In this document: positions 12,101-24,589 of the stretch, piece after piece
Position numbering within the stretch: position 1 is the stretch's first letter
Layout: the number at the start of each line of letters is the position of its first letter
NCBI GenBank assembly: GCA_977017645.1
Contig: OZ360221.1
Span: 215,884,001 to 215,948,000 of the forward strand
Reading direction: 5' to 3'
Length of the DNA: 64,000 nucleotides
From: Torpedo marmorata
Lineage: Eukaryota
Notes under the pieces: generated by a model
The model's database searches: none
Told to the model about the DNA's origin: nothing
Seen by the model: the letters and a program-made list of their open reading frames with translations, nothing else
Position numbers and translations under genes: made by a program

Positions 12101-12859
12101 GATACTGATTGAGGGATAGTTGAAGATTAGGGCAGACAATCAAATCTTTGGTATGAAGTCGTTAAAAGATTTCTGCGGCCTTGCAGCACATCCTCGATTT
12201 TGTAGTGTGTCAACAATCCAGTTTAGCAGTGTGATAACAGTCTAGATCAGCCATTGTCAACCTTCTTTTCAGCTATGGCCCCCTTCGGACTCTGCTCAAA
12301 ATTTAGGGCCCCCTTCCCTGTGAAACAGTCAAGTTTCGTTGGTTTCTTCCGTACCTGTCTCCTACCGACTACATAAAAAGCATTAAAAATATTTGAGAAT
12401 GGATGGTCTGGATTAGTCACTCGACTGGCTCAGATATGAGGGTGCCACCACTAATCCAAATACACAATTTGGATTGCCTTCTTTGTTCTCATAAATGTTG
12501 AATTCAAAAATACAATAAAAGTTAGGGTTGCGAGAAAAATTCTCACAATGTCATCTTAACTCATTTCACCAAGGCATCCTTTGTCAAAATAAGGTATTTC
12601 CTTATCATTTTTTTTTCTGGTTGCTTTGAGTTTTGTATGGTGAAAGACAAGGAAGAAAGACTGTTGTTTGTATTTGGAAACTGTCAGAAATGAATTTGTT
12701 TTTGTTCTTGCGGAATTAATGGATAGCATTGTCATGCAGTGCCAAAGGAGGATGAAGTACTCTTGATTCCTTGAAATCTCACCTTAAAAGCCCTTTTTAT
12801 GGTGCAACCCCGCAATAAAGAAGGCTCAATAAAAAAAATAAAAAGGTGAACTTACTATT

Positions 12860-13310
12860 TATAGTGACGTTTCCAGCGTTGTCTTTATGCTGAGCTGCGT
12901 CGGGAGCCGGCTTCCCGATCTGAGGGAGGCGGGGCGAATGGTGCAGTAGCGCCACCCTTCGCCGTGAAGTCGAACATACGCGCCGAGCAATGGCCGACTT
13001 CGTTACCCATAATCCCCCACGTAGCTGGAACATCTCTGTCAGTGCCAGCGCCAGCGCCAGGGAAACGCAGCGCGGTTCCAGCTGCATGGGGGATTATGGG
13101 TAACGAAGATAGCCATTGCCATATAGATCAACTCTCCTGGGTCGCGGGCTGATGGCATCATTGAAATGTCATCAGACCTCCCCTTACCAGACGCTTTAAG
13201 CTGCTTTCTTTTTATGGAGGAGGTGGAGAGATTCTCTCCACCTCTGTGTCTACCTCCTAGGAGTTTCGGAGTACGCCTTGCCAATCCGCCATCGGATTTT
13301 TTACGAAGGT
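12860..13310 (+). promoter_or_regulatory. CpG-island-like promoter with GC box and two inverted Staf/ZNF143-type sites
   Basis: CpG-rich, not repeated elsewhere in window; GGGAGGCGGGGCG; TACCCATAATCCCCCACG at 13004-13021 and inverse at 13085-13102; followed by splice donor AG|GTAAGT at 13308/13309. Confidence 0.6.
13166..13308 (+). CDS. Putative first coding exon of unidentified host gene (MSSDLPLPDALSCFLFMEEVERFSPPLCLPPRSFGVRLANPPSDFLR)
   Basis: Open frame from ATG 13166 to consensus donor GTAAGT, within CpG island; protein not recognised. Confidence 0.4.
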
Positions 13311-13456
13311 AAGTGAGGCAAATTAAAGACAGAAATGTTCTGTCTTTACAGTCGCTTTCTTTGAACTATAAAAGGGGCTTTGAAAACCGGACAGTTTAAT
13401 ACTGGAGTTATCAGTATAGTTAATGAAGCCACACTGGGGATAAGAAAATCAGAATA

Positions 13457-13540
13457 CAGGTGCCTAACCTTTTATCCGAAAACCTTGGGACCGGACACTT
13501 TTCGGAATTTGGAATTTTTCGGATTATAGAATTATAGAGG
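13457..13540 (+). mobile_element. Left end of Tigger/pogo-like MITE
   Basis: TA|CAGGT start followed by TTATCCGAAA..TTTCGGA motifs; no right end seen. Confidence 0.5.
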
Positions 13541-13594
13541 CCGACCCGGGAGGCCGACGTCCCCGCTGCTGCTGACCCGGGAGGCCGACGTCCC

Positions 13595-16357
13595 TGCTGT
13601 TCCAAAACCTCACCCCGGACTGTAAACCCATTGCTACTAAGAGCAGGCGATACAGCCCCGGGGACAGAAAATTCATTAAAACGGAGGTGGAGCGGCTGCT
13701 GGAGGAGGGCATTATAGAGTCAAGCAATAGTCCCTGGAGGGCGCAAGTGGTGGTGGTGAAGAGTGGGGAGAAACATCAGATGGTAATTGACTACAATCAG
13801 ACCATCAACCGGTTCACCTTACTGGACGCCTACCCTTTGCCCCGCATATCGGAGATGGTAAATGAGATTGCCAAGTACAGGGTCTTTTCGACTATAGACC
13901 TAAAAGCGGCGTACCAACCAGATCCCGATTCGCCCAAAAGACCAGCTTTACATGGCATTTGAGGCCAACGGCCGACTCTACCATTCGGTCTCACGAATGG
14001 GGTGTCAGTGTTCCAAAGGGAAATGGACCGCATGGTGGATGACAATAAGCTGAAGGCTATGTTTCCATACTTGGACAATGTCACCATCTGCGGCCATGAC
14101 CAAAAGGAGCGCGACGAGAACCTGCAGAGGTTCCTGGCCACCACAAAGACACTCAACCTCACGTATAATGAGAAAAAGTGTGTCTTTAGCACCAAAAGGC
14201 TGGCAATCCTGGGATACGTGGTGGAGCATGGGGCTATCGCCCCCGACCCCGAGCGTATGTGCCCCCTACTGGAATTACCCTTGCCATAGAACCCCAAGGC
14301 TTTAAAAAGGTGCCTGGGGCTCTTCTCCTATTATGCCCAGTGGATCCCTAACTATGCGGACAAGGCCCAACCTTTAGTGAGAACCACGACTTTTCCCCCG
14401 TCGGCGGAGGACCGTAAGGCTTTCGATGGCATCAGAGGCGAGATTGCCAAGGCGGGAATGCACGCCATTGATGAATCCGTCTCTTTCCAAGTGGAAAGTG
14501 ATGCCTCTGACTTTGCCCTGGCCGCCACGCTGAACCAAGCAGGCAAGCCCGTCGCATTTTTTTCCCGTACCCTCCAAGGCCCCGAATGCTGGCACTCCGC
14601 CATCGAGAAGGCGACACAGGCTATAGTGGAGGCAGTCTGCCGCTGGAGGTACTACTTGGCCGGCAGACCATTCACCCTGCTGACGGACCAGAGAGCCGTC
14701 GCGTTCATGTTTAACAATAAACAGCGGGGTAAGATCGAAAATGACAAAATCATGAGGTGGAGAATTGAGCTGTCCACCTACAATTATGAAATATGGTACC
14801 GGCCGGGTCAGCTCAATGAGCCACCCGATGCCCTGTCCAGGGGAACCTGCGCCAGGGTGCAAGTTGATCGCCTCCAGGCCCTCCACGACAGCCTCTGCCA
14901 TCCCGGGGTCACAAGGCTCTACCATTTTGTGAGAGCCCGGAACCTTCCCTACTCAGTGGAGGAAGTGAGGGAGCTGACTCTCAATTGCCAGGTCTGTGCC
15001 GAATGCAAGCCTCAATTTTATAGACTGGATAGAGCCCAACTGATCAAAGCCACTCGCCCTTTTGAACATCTCAGCATTGACTTCAAGGGGCCCCTCCCGT
15101 CCACGAATCGGAACTCCTACTTCCTGAACATCGTGGACGAGTACTCACGTTTCCCATTCGCCATCCCCTGCCCGGATATGACCACATCCACGGTCATTAA
15201 AGCACTCCGCTCAGTATTCACTCTGTTCGGATACCCTAGTTACGATCATAGTGACCGGGGATCTGCTTTCATGAGTGAGGAGTTGCGGCAATACTTCCTT
15301 TCAAGGAGCATAGCTATGAGCAGAACCACCAGCTACAATCCCCGCAGGAACGGGCAGGTGGAAAGGGAGAATGATACGATCTGGAGGGCAGTCCTTTTGG
15401 CCCTCAAATCGAAAGGGATGCCCGTATCCCAGTGACAAGAGGTCCTCCCAGATGCGCTGCATGCTACCAGGTCCCTACTCTGCACGACCACCAATGCTAC
15501 ACCCCACGAAAAATTGTTCTCCTTCCCTAGGAGTTCAGCGTCGGGAACCACGCTGCCAGTCTGGCTGATGACCCCAGGGCCGGTGCTTCTTCGGAAGCAC
15601 GTTAGGACTCATAAGGCAGACCCACTGGTCGAGGAAGTGCTTCTCCTGCATGCTAACCCCCAGTGTGCGCTGGTAAGGTACCCGGACGGACGGGACGATA
15701 CAGTGTCCATCCGGGATCTGGCGCGAGCGGGGGCCCCGGCACGGGAGGTGCACCCTATATCCCCAGGCAGCGACCAGCCGGCCCCAGGGATCACCCTGAC
15801 AAATGAAATGGGGATCCCACCCCCAAGACGGCCCCCCGATTGTTCCCCTTCACTTGTGTGTGTCCCCCCCCCCCACTCTTACCAATAAATTTACCACCCC
15901 TTCGGACCCGGGACACACAGAAACAGTTCAGCCATCCGACAGCCAGCAAGTCGAACACGACACTGCTCAGCTTAATCTGAAGATACAGCCAGTACTTCGG
16001 AGATCTCAGCGCGAAAGAAAACCACCGGAGCGGCTGAACCTATGAGAGTATAAACTGTATGGACATTGCCCCGCTTCACCCCGCCGGACTTTATTAAAAA
16101 AAGGAGGGGTGAATGTGGTGGAACGTGGTACTGCGGGTATGTCCGGGCATGTCCGGACATGTCCTCACTGGCTCACCGGGCTAACCTGTAGCCCCTCCCC
16201 ATTACATCCCCTAATAAAGGCTGAGAGCCCTAGTCTGCTCCCCTATACCTGTCTTAGAAGTGAGCCAGCAGCATGTAGAGGCATGCTCAAACTTTCTGAT
16301 CAATAAAGCCTTTGATCACTTTCTTCCTGTCTGTGAGTGGTCATTGATCGCGCTACA
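13595..16357 (+). mobile_element. 5'-truncated Ty3/Gypsy LTR retrotransposon (second family): RT-RNaseH-integrase, PPT, 3' LTR
   Basis: SPWRAQVVVV, IDYNQTIN, DAYPLPRI, YLDNVTICG, VESDASD, HDSLCHPG..CQVC, IDFKGPLP, HSDRG; frameshifts and stops; PPT AAAAAAGGAGGGGTGAA. Confidence 0.9.
16114..16357 (+). mobile_element. 244-bp Gypsy 3' LTR
   Basis: TGTGG...CTACA termini directly after PPT; AATAAA. Confidence 0.8.
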
Positions 16358-16899
16358 GGAAGCTTGGCTTAAAGAAAAGAAATTGTGTAAATGGAAGCTG
16401 ATCCAGAAATGTTTTCCGTAGCAAGATATTCTGATCGTGGTGTCCTCCAGTAATCTAAATAAAAGGAAGAGAAATGTGCATTTTAATGAGGTTCTTCCTT
16501 GAGCCTGAAAAGTCCAGCTCTGTGCTGGAGGCAGTAATGTTCTCGTCTGTGCATGATAATGTCTGAGTGGCTTTATGTGTGAACTGCAGCATATCTTTGG
16601 AAATGTCACTGGAAAGAATTACCAGCATAAGCAATCCCAGGATTATACAGGAAAGGACTGAGGATTTATTGGCCATTTGCGAGGAAATAAAGCTTCAGCG
16701 TGTGAGCTTTTTTGTATAAAATAATTGGCAGAGATGTAATTGCCAAGTTGTAAAAATCACTAATGTAACATATCTGCTACAGAACCTCAAACTGTAAACC
16801 CCCCCAGACCACATTGTATCTGCCCCACCAAATAGTCCCGATCCTACTGAATCGCCCAACATCGTTTGAATCAGCCTACTGCATCAATTATGGTTTTTA

Positions 16900-17363
16900 G
16901 GCATAAGTACCGAGAATTTCCCGTCATCAATTTGCATACTTACCCTCCGGAGTGGCCGTTCACACAGGAAGGACGTTTACACTAACTTCCTGCATTGCGG
17001 TGACTTCGGAGGGTGGACGTGGGTCGACGTCGACTCGGACGTACAACCTATGTCCGACGCACAGCGTCACTATGTCGACGTCATCAGTGATGTCATTAAC
17101 CTGTGTCCAAAAAAGCCTCCAGACAGAAGAGGAAAATCCCGCGTTGCATGTCACGAGCTGAACGTCGTATTCATTAGCCCATTGTTGCAGACCGCCTGCA
17201 GTTCAGTTTAGACTGCAGGCAGTCCGCAAAATTGTCTAGGGCTGCTGCAGGAAAAATGTCGGGATGGAAGTTAGTTACTAATTTCCGTCCCGACCTTTTT
17301 ACACAGTCAGCGTTGTGGGAATTTTGCGAGAATTTCCCGTTACGCAGCAGCTGTGTAAAAGTC
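16900..17363. mobile_element. CpG-rich non-autonomous DNA-transposon-like fragment (possibly PIF/Harbinger)
   Basis: End CTGTGTAAAAG with internal TTTTACACAG and TTCACACAG, repeated GAGAATTTCCCGT; no paired TIR found. Confidence 0.35.
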
Positions 17364-17392
17364 AAAAAATAAGCAGGGAATGGTATTTAAAA

Positions 17393-17550
17393 AGCGGCAC
17401 AGTAGAGCAGCTAGTAGAGCTGTTGGCTCACAGCTCTCGTGACCCAGGTTCTAACCTGCCCTCCTTTACAGTCTGTGTGGAGTTTTCACGTTCTGCCTGA
17501 CCTAGCATTGGTTCTCTGTTTCCCTCCCATATCCCAAAACGTGTGGATTA
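17393..17550 (+). mobile_element. Older tRNA-SINE, interrupted; tail resumes ~17897-18000
   Basis: GCGGCACAGTAG..GACCCAGGTTC..GTCTGTGTGGAGTTT. Confidence 0.65.
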
Positions 17551-17551
17551 C

Positions 17552-17896
17552 AATTTTTAAAATTTAGACATACAGTATGGTAACAGGCCATTTCGGCCCA
17601 CATACCCGTGCTGCCCAGTTACACCCAATTGACCTACAACCCCCGATCACTGGCACTGTAACGGCATTGCGCTAACCGCCACGCTAACCGTGCCACCCAC
17701 GCTAACCGTGCCACCCACGCTAACCGTGCCGCCCACGCTAACCGTGCCACCCACGCTAACCGTGCCACCCACGCTAACCGTGCTGCCCACGCTAACCGTG
17801 CAGCCCACGCTAACCGTGCCACCCACGCTAACCGTGCAGCCCACGCTAACCGTGCAGCCCACGCTAACCGTGCATCCCACGCTAACCGTGCCATCC
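17552..17896 (-). mobile_element. Internally deleted V-SINE with tandemly amplified 5' head
   Basis: Family tail at 17552-17640 joined to head; centre missing. Confidence 0.85.
17681..17896. repeat. 18-bp minisatellite x12 (ACGCTAACCGTGCCACCC)
   Basis: 12 tandem units counted. Confidence 0.95.
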
Positions 17897-18004
17897 TATA
17901 GTAGATTAGTAGATTAATTGGTGCGGGTGTGCAGGTAAATGGTAGAATCTGGGGAGAGTGGAGAGCATGTGGGGTGCATAAAATGGCATTAATTCAAGAT
18001 TAGT

Positions 18005-18520
18005 ATCAGAATCAGAATTTATTGTCATGAACAAGTCATAAAATTTGTTGTTTTGCGGCAGCATCATAGTGCAAACATTCATATAAACCACCTTACAACA
18101 ATAAATAAAAATAGTGCACGAAAAGTCAAAGTAAGGCAGTGTCTTTGGTTCATTGATTATTCAGGAATCTGATGGCAGCGGGGAAGAAGCTGTCCTTGTG
18201 ACGTTGAGTGCTCGTCTTTCGGCTCCTGTACCTTTTTCCTGATGGTAGCAGAGTGAAGAGGGCATGGCCTGGGTGGTGGGGTCTTTGAGGACAGAGGATG
18301 CTTTTTTAAGACACCGCCTCATGTAGATGTCCTTGATGGAATGAAGTCTGGTGCCTGTGATGTCGCAGGCTGAGTTGACAACCCTCCGGAGTCTTTTCTT
18401 GTCCTGAGTGTTGGCACCTCCGTACCAGACAGTGATGTAACCAGGCAGAATGCTCTCCACGGTACACATGTAGAAGTTTTCGAGAGTCTTCGGTGACATA
18501 CCGAATCTCCTCAAACACAA
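18005..18520 (-). mobile_element. Rex1/Babar LINE 3' fragment
   Basis: LRRFGMSPKTLENFY.CTVESIL...; AATAAA plus (TTCTGA)n tail. Confidence 0.85.
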
Positions 18521-19995
18521 TAGTATAAATGGATGCTTGATAGTTGGAGCTGACTTGATGAGCCATGGAGCTTGTTTCCATGATGACAGACCCTATTACT
18601 CAACTGCTACAACGCGGCAGCGGGTCAGGCATCCAGTGTCTCATCAGTAATTATGTACCAGGGGTGCTGAGCTTTTGTAGAAGTGCTGCCAGATTTTGAG
18701 AGAACTGTACCCAGCATCTGTGCAGATTGGAGTCTGGGCAGAGGGATAAATTGGCATCTTTCTCCAATTATTGGACGAGGACTTGCAAATATACCCATGG
18801 CAATATTGCTGTTCCTTTTCAGACCAGTCTGTCATAACTGGTGAGCAAAAGCAAACTTATATTGCTCTCTACTTAGTCACAGTTGGAAAATTAGTTTGCA
18901 TTTTAAAGAGATATATTTGTGATTTTAAAAAAAATTATATTTGCTATGTATTAAAAGTTAGATTTTGAACCTTGTTAATTCATTTGATCATAACTTTGAA
19001 CACATTTTCCCAAGTAACAGGGAGATTTCCAAGCCCTTGGCAGACTTCCCAGACTAATGTTCACCCATACTAAACATCAATAAATCCAGAGGTGTAAATT
19101 TTTTTTTGAACTTAACTTTTATTTCCATATGCAGTCATATCATGTGAGCAAACAAACAAAATACATAAATCACATAACAGCACATCAATCTATCTTATTC
19201 GAGTTCTGTTCACAGAGGCATCACAGATTTAGGCACCCAATTAACCACATTCTAACCAATATGCAGTCACCTATATATTTAACCATACACTTCTTCATTT
19301 GCCCATTGTGACACTTTCGAGCTTAAATAGGAGAGGGTCAGAGTAAATCTTATTGAATTTATCACCGTGTCATCACTATATATATGCACTTATATACAAT
19401 CACAATCTCATCTGTATACATTACTCCAATTACATATAGAGTGCACCGGTCGAACTCCTCCCCACCGCTGAGATTACGGAGAGGTTATATCCTTAATCAA
19501 TCTCGGTAACTGTAGTATTACCGGTGACCACTTGATGTTGAAAACATCAGTCCTTAGTTGGAGTTTAGCTGTTATGCTTTCCATCAAATATACACTTTTT
19601 AATCTTTCCCTCCATTGTTGGACAGTTGGTGGTTTTACATTTCTCCACAATACTGTAATCATCTTCTTTGCATTCAACAGCAACACCCCAAGTAAACATG
19701 ACTGGTTTTTGGTATCTATATCCTCTGGAGTCACTCCCAACATAAAATATGCTGGCTCCAAAAGTAGGTCTACGCCCATGATTTTCTTAATTTCCACCTG
19801 AATATCTCTGCAATATTGATATCATTTGGGACAGTCCCAAAAAATATGGGTATGATCGCCAATCTTCTCGCATTCTCTCCAGCATAATTCTGAGATTCTA
19901 CTGTATCTCGCCAACATGAGGAGTCTTAAATACTCTCATTTTAATTTTCCATTCAAACTCCCTCCAGGTAGGGCTACTTGTTAACTTGTGACCAT

Positions 19996-22716
19996 CAGAT
20001 TTCAGATTCAGATTTATTGTCAGAGTACATACACGACATCACATACAACCCTGAGATTCTTTTTCCTGCGGGCGAAGCAGAATTACCACTAATTGGTAGT
20101 GCAAAAAAAAAACTGTACACAGCGTAAACATGTAAACAAATAAAAGAACTGTAAACAGATAATGAATGTAAACAAACTGACTGCAATACAGAAAGAACAA
20201 AAGAAAATCAATAAAGTGCACAAGTAAGAGTCCTTAAATGCGTCTCTGATTGAGTTTGTCGTTGAAGAGTCTGATGGTGGAGGGGTAGCAGCTGTTCCTG
20301 AACCTGGTGGTGCGAGTCTTGTGGCACCTATACCTCTTTCCTGATGGCAGCAGCGAGAACAGAGCGTGTACTGGGTGGTGTGGGTCTTTGATGATTGCTG
20401 CTGCCCTCAGACGGCAGCGTTCCCTGTAGATGTACTCAATAGGGAACCTTGGTTTTCAAGGGATATTGGTGATCTGGTTAAGAAGAAGAGAGAGCTGTAT
20501 AGCAGGTATAGGCAACAAGGAGCAAATGAGGTACCAGAAGAGTATAGAAAATGTAAGAAAATACTTAAGAAGGAAATCAGGAAGGCAAAAAGAAGACATG
20601 AGGTTGCTTTGGCAGATAATGTGAAGGTAAACCCGAAGGGTTTCTACAAGTATGTTAAGAGTAAAAGGATAGAAGGGACAAAATTGGTCCCCTAGAAGAT
20701 CAGAGTGGTCGTCTACTTGTGGAGCCTCACCAGATGGGGGAGATCTTAAACAGTTTTTTGCATCAGTATTTACTAAGGAAACTGGCATGGTGTGTAAGGA
20801 AGGAAGGGAAACAAGCAGTAGCGGCATGGAACATATAGAGATTAAAGAGGAGGAGGTGCTTGCTGCCTTACAGTGAATAAAGGTAGATAAATCCCCCGGG
20901 CCTGAAATGATATTCCCTCGGACCTTGAGGGTGACTAGTGTAGAAATTGCAGGGGCCCTGGCAGAAATATTTAAAATGTCCTTTGCCACGGGTGAGGTGC
21001 CGGAGGATTGGAGGGTAGCTCATGTTGTTCTGTTGTTTAAAAATGGCTCCAAAAGTAAACCAGGAAATTACTGGCTGGTGAGCCTAACATCAGTAGTAGG
21101 TAAATTATTGGAGGGTATTCTGAGAGATCGTATTTACAAGTATTTGGACAGCCAAGGGCTGATTAAGGATAGTCAGCATAGCTTTGTGCGTGGTAGGTCG
21201 TGTTTAACGAATCTTATAGAGTTTTTCGAGGAGGTTACCAAGAAAGTAGATGAAGGAAAGGCTGTGGATGTTGTCTACATGGACTTTAGTAAGACCTTCG
21301 ACAAGGTCCCACGTGGGAAGTTAGTTCAGAAGGTTCAGACACGAGGTATCCATGGAGAGTTTGCAAATTGGATTTGAAATTGGCTCAATAGGACAGAGAG
21401 TGGTAGTGGATGATTGCTTCTCAGACTGGAGGCCTGTGATTAGTGGTGTGCCTCAGGGATTGGTGCTGGGACCATTGTTGTTTGTTGTCTATATCAATGA
21501 TCTGGATGATAATGTGGTAAATTGGATCAGTAAGTTTGCTGATGACACTAAGATTGGAGGTGTTGTAGACAGCGAAGAAAGCTTTCAAAGCTTGCAGAGG
21601 GATCTGGACCAACTGGAAAAATGGGCCAGAAAATGGCAGATTGAATTAAATGCAGACAAGTGTGAGGTGATGCATTTTGGACGGACAAACCAAGGTAGGA
21701 CATACACAGTAAATGGTAGGGCACTGAGGAGTGCGGAGGAACAAAGAGATCTTGGGAATACAGATACATAATTCCCTGAAAGTGGCGTCACAGGGAGACA
21801 GGGTTGTAAAGAAAGATTTTGGCATCTTGGCCTTCATAAATCAAAGTATTGAGTACAGGAGTTGGGATGTTATGGTGAGGTTGTATAAGACATTGGTGAG
21901 GTCAAATTTGGAGTATTGTGTGCAGTTCTGGTCGCCAAACTACAGGAAGGATATCAGTAAGATTGAAAGAGTGCAGAGAAGATTTATTAGGATGTTGCTA
22001 GGTCTTCAGGAGTTGAGTTACAGGGAAAGATTAAACAGGTTAGGACTTTATTCCTTGGAGCGTAGAAGAATGAGGAGAGATTTGATAGAGGTTTACAAAA
22101 TTATGAGGGGTATAGACAGAGTAAATGCGAGTAGGCTCTTTCCACTTAGATTAGGAGAGATAAATACAAGAGGACATGGCTTTAGGGTGAAAGGGAAAGG
22201 TTTAGGGAGAACATTAGGGGGAACTTCTTCACTCAGAGCGTGGTGGGAGTATGGAACGAGCTGCCATCTGACGTGGTAAATGCAGGCTGACTCTTAAGTT
22301 TTAAGAATAAATTGGATAGATATATGGATGGGAAAGGTCTGGAGGGTTATGGAATGGGTGCAGGTCAGTGGGGCTAGCGGAATGATGTTTCGGCTCAGAC
22401 TAGAAGGGCCGAATGGCCTGTTTTCTGTGCTGTAGTGTTCTATGGTTCTAATAGTGGGGAGGGTTTTGCCCGTGATTTCCTGGGCTGTGTCCACTACCTT
22501 TTGGAGGGCTTTATGCTCAGGGGTATTGGTGTTCCCATACCAGACCATGATGCAGCCGGTCAGCACACTTTCCACCACACATCTGTAGCAGCTTCTTAGT
22601 TTTGGTGGCATTGAGTGCAAGGTTGTTGTTGGTGCACCATTCAGCCAAGTTTTCAATCTCCATCCTGTATGCTGACTCATCTCCTTCCTTTATACAACCC
22701 ACTACCGTGGTATCGT
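19996..22716 (-). mobile_element. Rex1/Babar LINE fragment inserted in L1-B, itself split by a CR1
   Basis: (TCTGAA)n tail at 19996; DDTTVVGCI..LALNATKTK at ~22600-22716; L1 sequence resumes on both sides. Confidence 0.82.
20441..22449 (+). mobile_element. CR1-clade LINE, 5'-truncated, degenerate ORF2
   Basis: PEDWRVAHV, SCLTNLIEFFEEVT, VPQG, KFADDTK, LEYCVQFWSP; short-repeat tail. Confidence 0.92.
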
Positions 22717-24446
22717 CGAGGCATGTTTTTTCCCACATTTCATCTGTAATACAAATATTCATTTCTAATTCCCATTTCTGTTTTATTTCCATAGTGTTTC
22801 CTGTTACGTTATCTTGAAGCCGTCTGTATAAGTGAGCTATCAGGTTCTTCTTTATCACTCCCTCCATAGTCAGCATGAAAATCTTTTCTAGTGTAGATGG
22901 TATTTTACATATCTGCTCCCAATCTGCATGTGTCTGTAAGTAGTGCCGCACTTGAAGAAATCTAAAAAATCCATCCCTGACAAACCAAATTCTTCCTGAA
23001 GATGTTCATATGATTTCAAAGATTCCCCACAAAAAAGCTGATCCACAATAGTTAGCCCTTTATCCGCCCATTTTCTAAAGCCGTTATCTACTTTTCCAGG
23101 TAGGAATTCTGGGATAGCTACTATTTTTAATGCTCTGGGTATAGAGTTAAAAAGGTTTAGTTGTTTTCTAATAGCCAACCAAGTTTTCATTGTGAATTTA
23201 ATCCATTCATTATCTATTTTTAATTTCTTCCAATTTGCTTGGCTTAGGAATGGAAGCCCTTCCAGAGAAATACTGGGGCATGAATTTTGTTCTATACTCA
23301 CCCAACCCATTTCCATATCATTTGTTATCCATGTTATCAGGGTCCTCAGTTGTGCTGCCCACTAGTAATATTTAATGTTGTGAAAATTAAGGCCCCCTTT
23401 TTGTTTTGATAATAACAAAATCTTTAGTCTAACTCTAGGTTTTTTTATTTTGCCATACGAATCTTGATATCAATTTGTCAAGAGCTTTAAATGCTATCAT
23501 AAGAACTCCTACCGGAAAAGATTGGAATAAAAAAAGCAGTCTGGGCAAAACCTTCATTCGGACAGTTTCAATTCTACCAATTAATGATAAGGGGAGAATC
23601 TCCCATCTGAGCATATCTGCCTTTATCTCCTTCAATAACTTTCTATAATTGGCTTCATACAGTTTTAAGATGGAGGGAGTGATAGTAACACCTAGGTATC
23701 TGAAGCCCTCTCCAAACCAATGAAACCTGACCTGGTTATCTAATTGTGATGACCACGTACCCGACAGCATCATTGCTTCCGATTTTGAGTCATTCATTTT
23801 ATAACCAGATATTACTTCATATTCTTTTAAAACTTGCATCATGCGAGGCACTGAAGAAATAGGGTCGGTCACATACAGCATGACATCATCCGCAAATGGC
23901 AATATCTTATGTTCCACCCCTCTATCGTCTTTTATACCCTTTACATAACCCTCTTGCCTAATAATTTCAGCAAGTGGCTCTAAGCAGAAATCGAACAGCA
24001 TGGGACTCAAACTGTCTCCCTGCCTAACTCCACGTTTTAACCTGAAAAACCGAGAGCAACATCCATTCACCCTCACTCTTGCCCTTGGGTTTAAATATAA
24101 TACTTTCACCCAATTTATAAATTTCGGGTGAAACCCCATCTTATCTAATGTATGGTTGAGATACACCCAGTCTACTTTATCGAAAGCCTTTTGCGCATCT
24201 AAACTACCGTATATTTTGGCGTATAAGTTGACTTGCAGATAAGTCGACCCCCCTTTTTCAGCCTCATTTTAATGGTTTTATTGTATATCCGGCGTATAAG
24301 TCGACCCCCAATTTTCGGGCTGTCCGGGCCCCCCAGCAACAACCCAAAATTTGTTACAACACCCCAATCGCCAAGTAACAAAGCTGTAAATTAAGCAAGT
24401 AAGTAAAAAAAAACAGTAAAAAAAACCTTTGCTTCTGGCCGGGAAG

Positions 24447-24587
24447 ATGCCAAACGGAGCAGCTTCGGCTGCAGCCAGAGTCGGCGACGGCGACTGCATT
24501 CTCCACATCGGGTGCGATGCTGTCCGCATCGAAGAAGTCGTCTCGCTGCCCAAGTGTGCTCGGTGCAGGAACCACGGCTACGTGTCG
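24447..24587 (+). pseudogene. dmrt1: Captured 5' fragment of dmrt1 exon 1 (start of DM domain)
   Basis: ATG CCA AAC (MPN) start; TCG AAG AAG TCG TCT CG- CTG CCC AAG TGT GCT CGG TGC AGG AAC CAC GGC TAC GTG TCG = SKKSSR-LPKCARCRNHGYVS versus vertebrate DMRT1 SKKSPRLPKCARCRNHGY(A/V)S; truncated. Confidence 0.85.
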
Positions 24588-24589
24588 GC

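Noticed and set aside
14068-14079. YLDN instead of YxDD as a novel RT active site
   Set aside because: Single degenerate copy; a mutation cannot be distinguished from a family trait without a consensus
17634-17917. Repeat-protein ORFs (WAARLA)n / (PPTLTV)n
   Set aside because: Translations of the 18-bp SINE-head minisatellite
24447-24587. Authentic dmrt1 locus
   Set aside because: DM domain truncated after HGYVS, frameshifted, no splice donor or further exons, and enclosed by TIRs inside an L1
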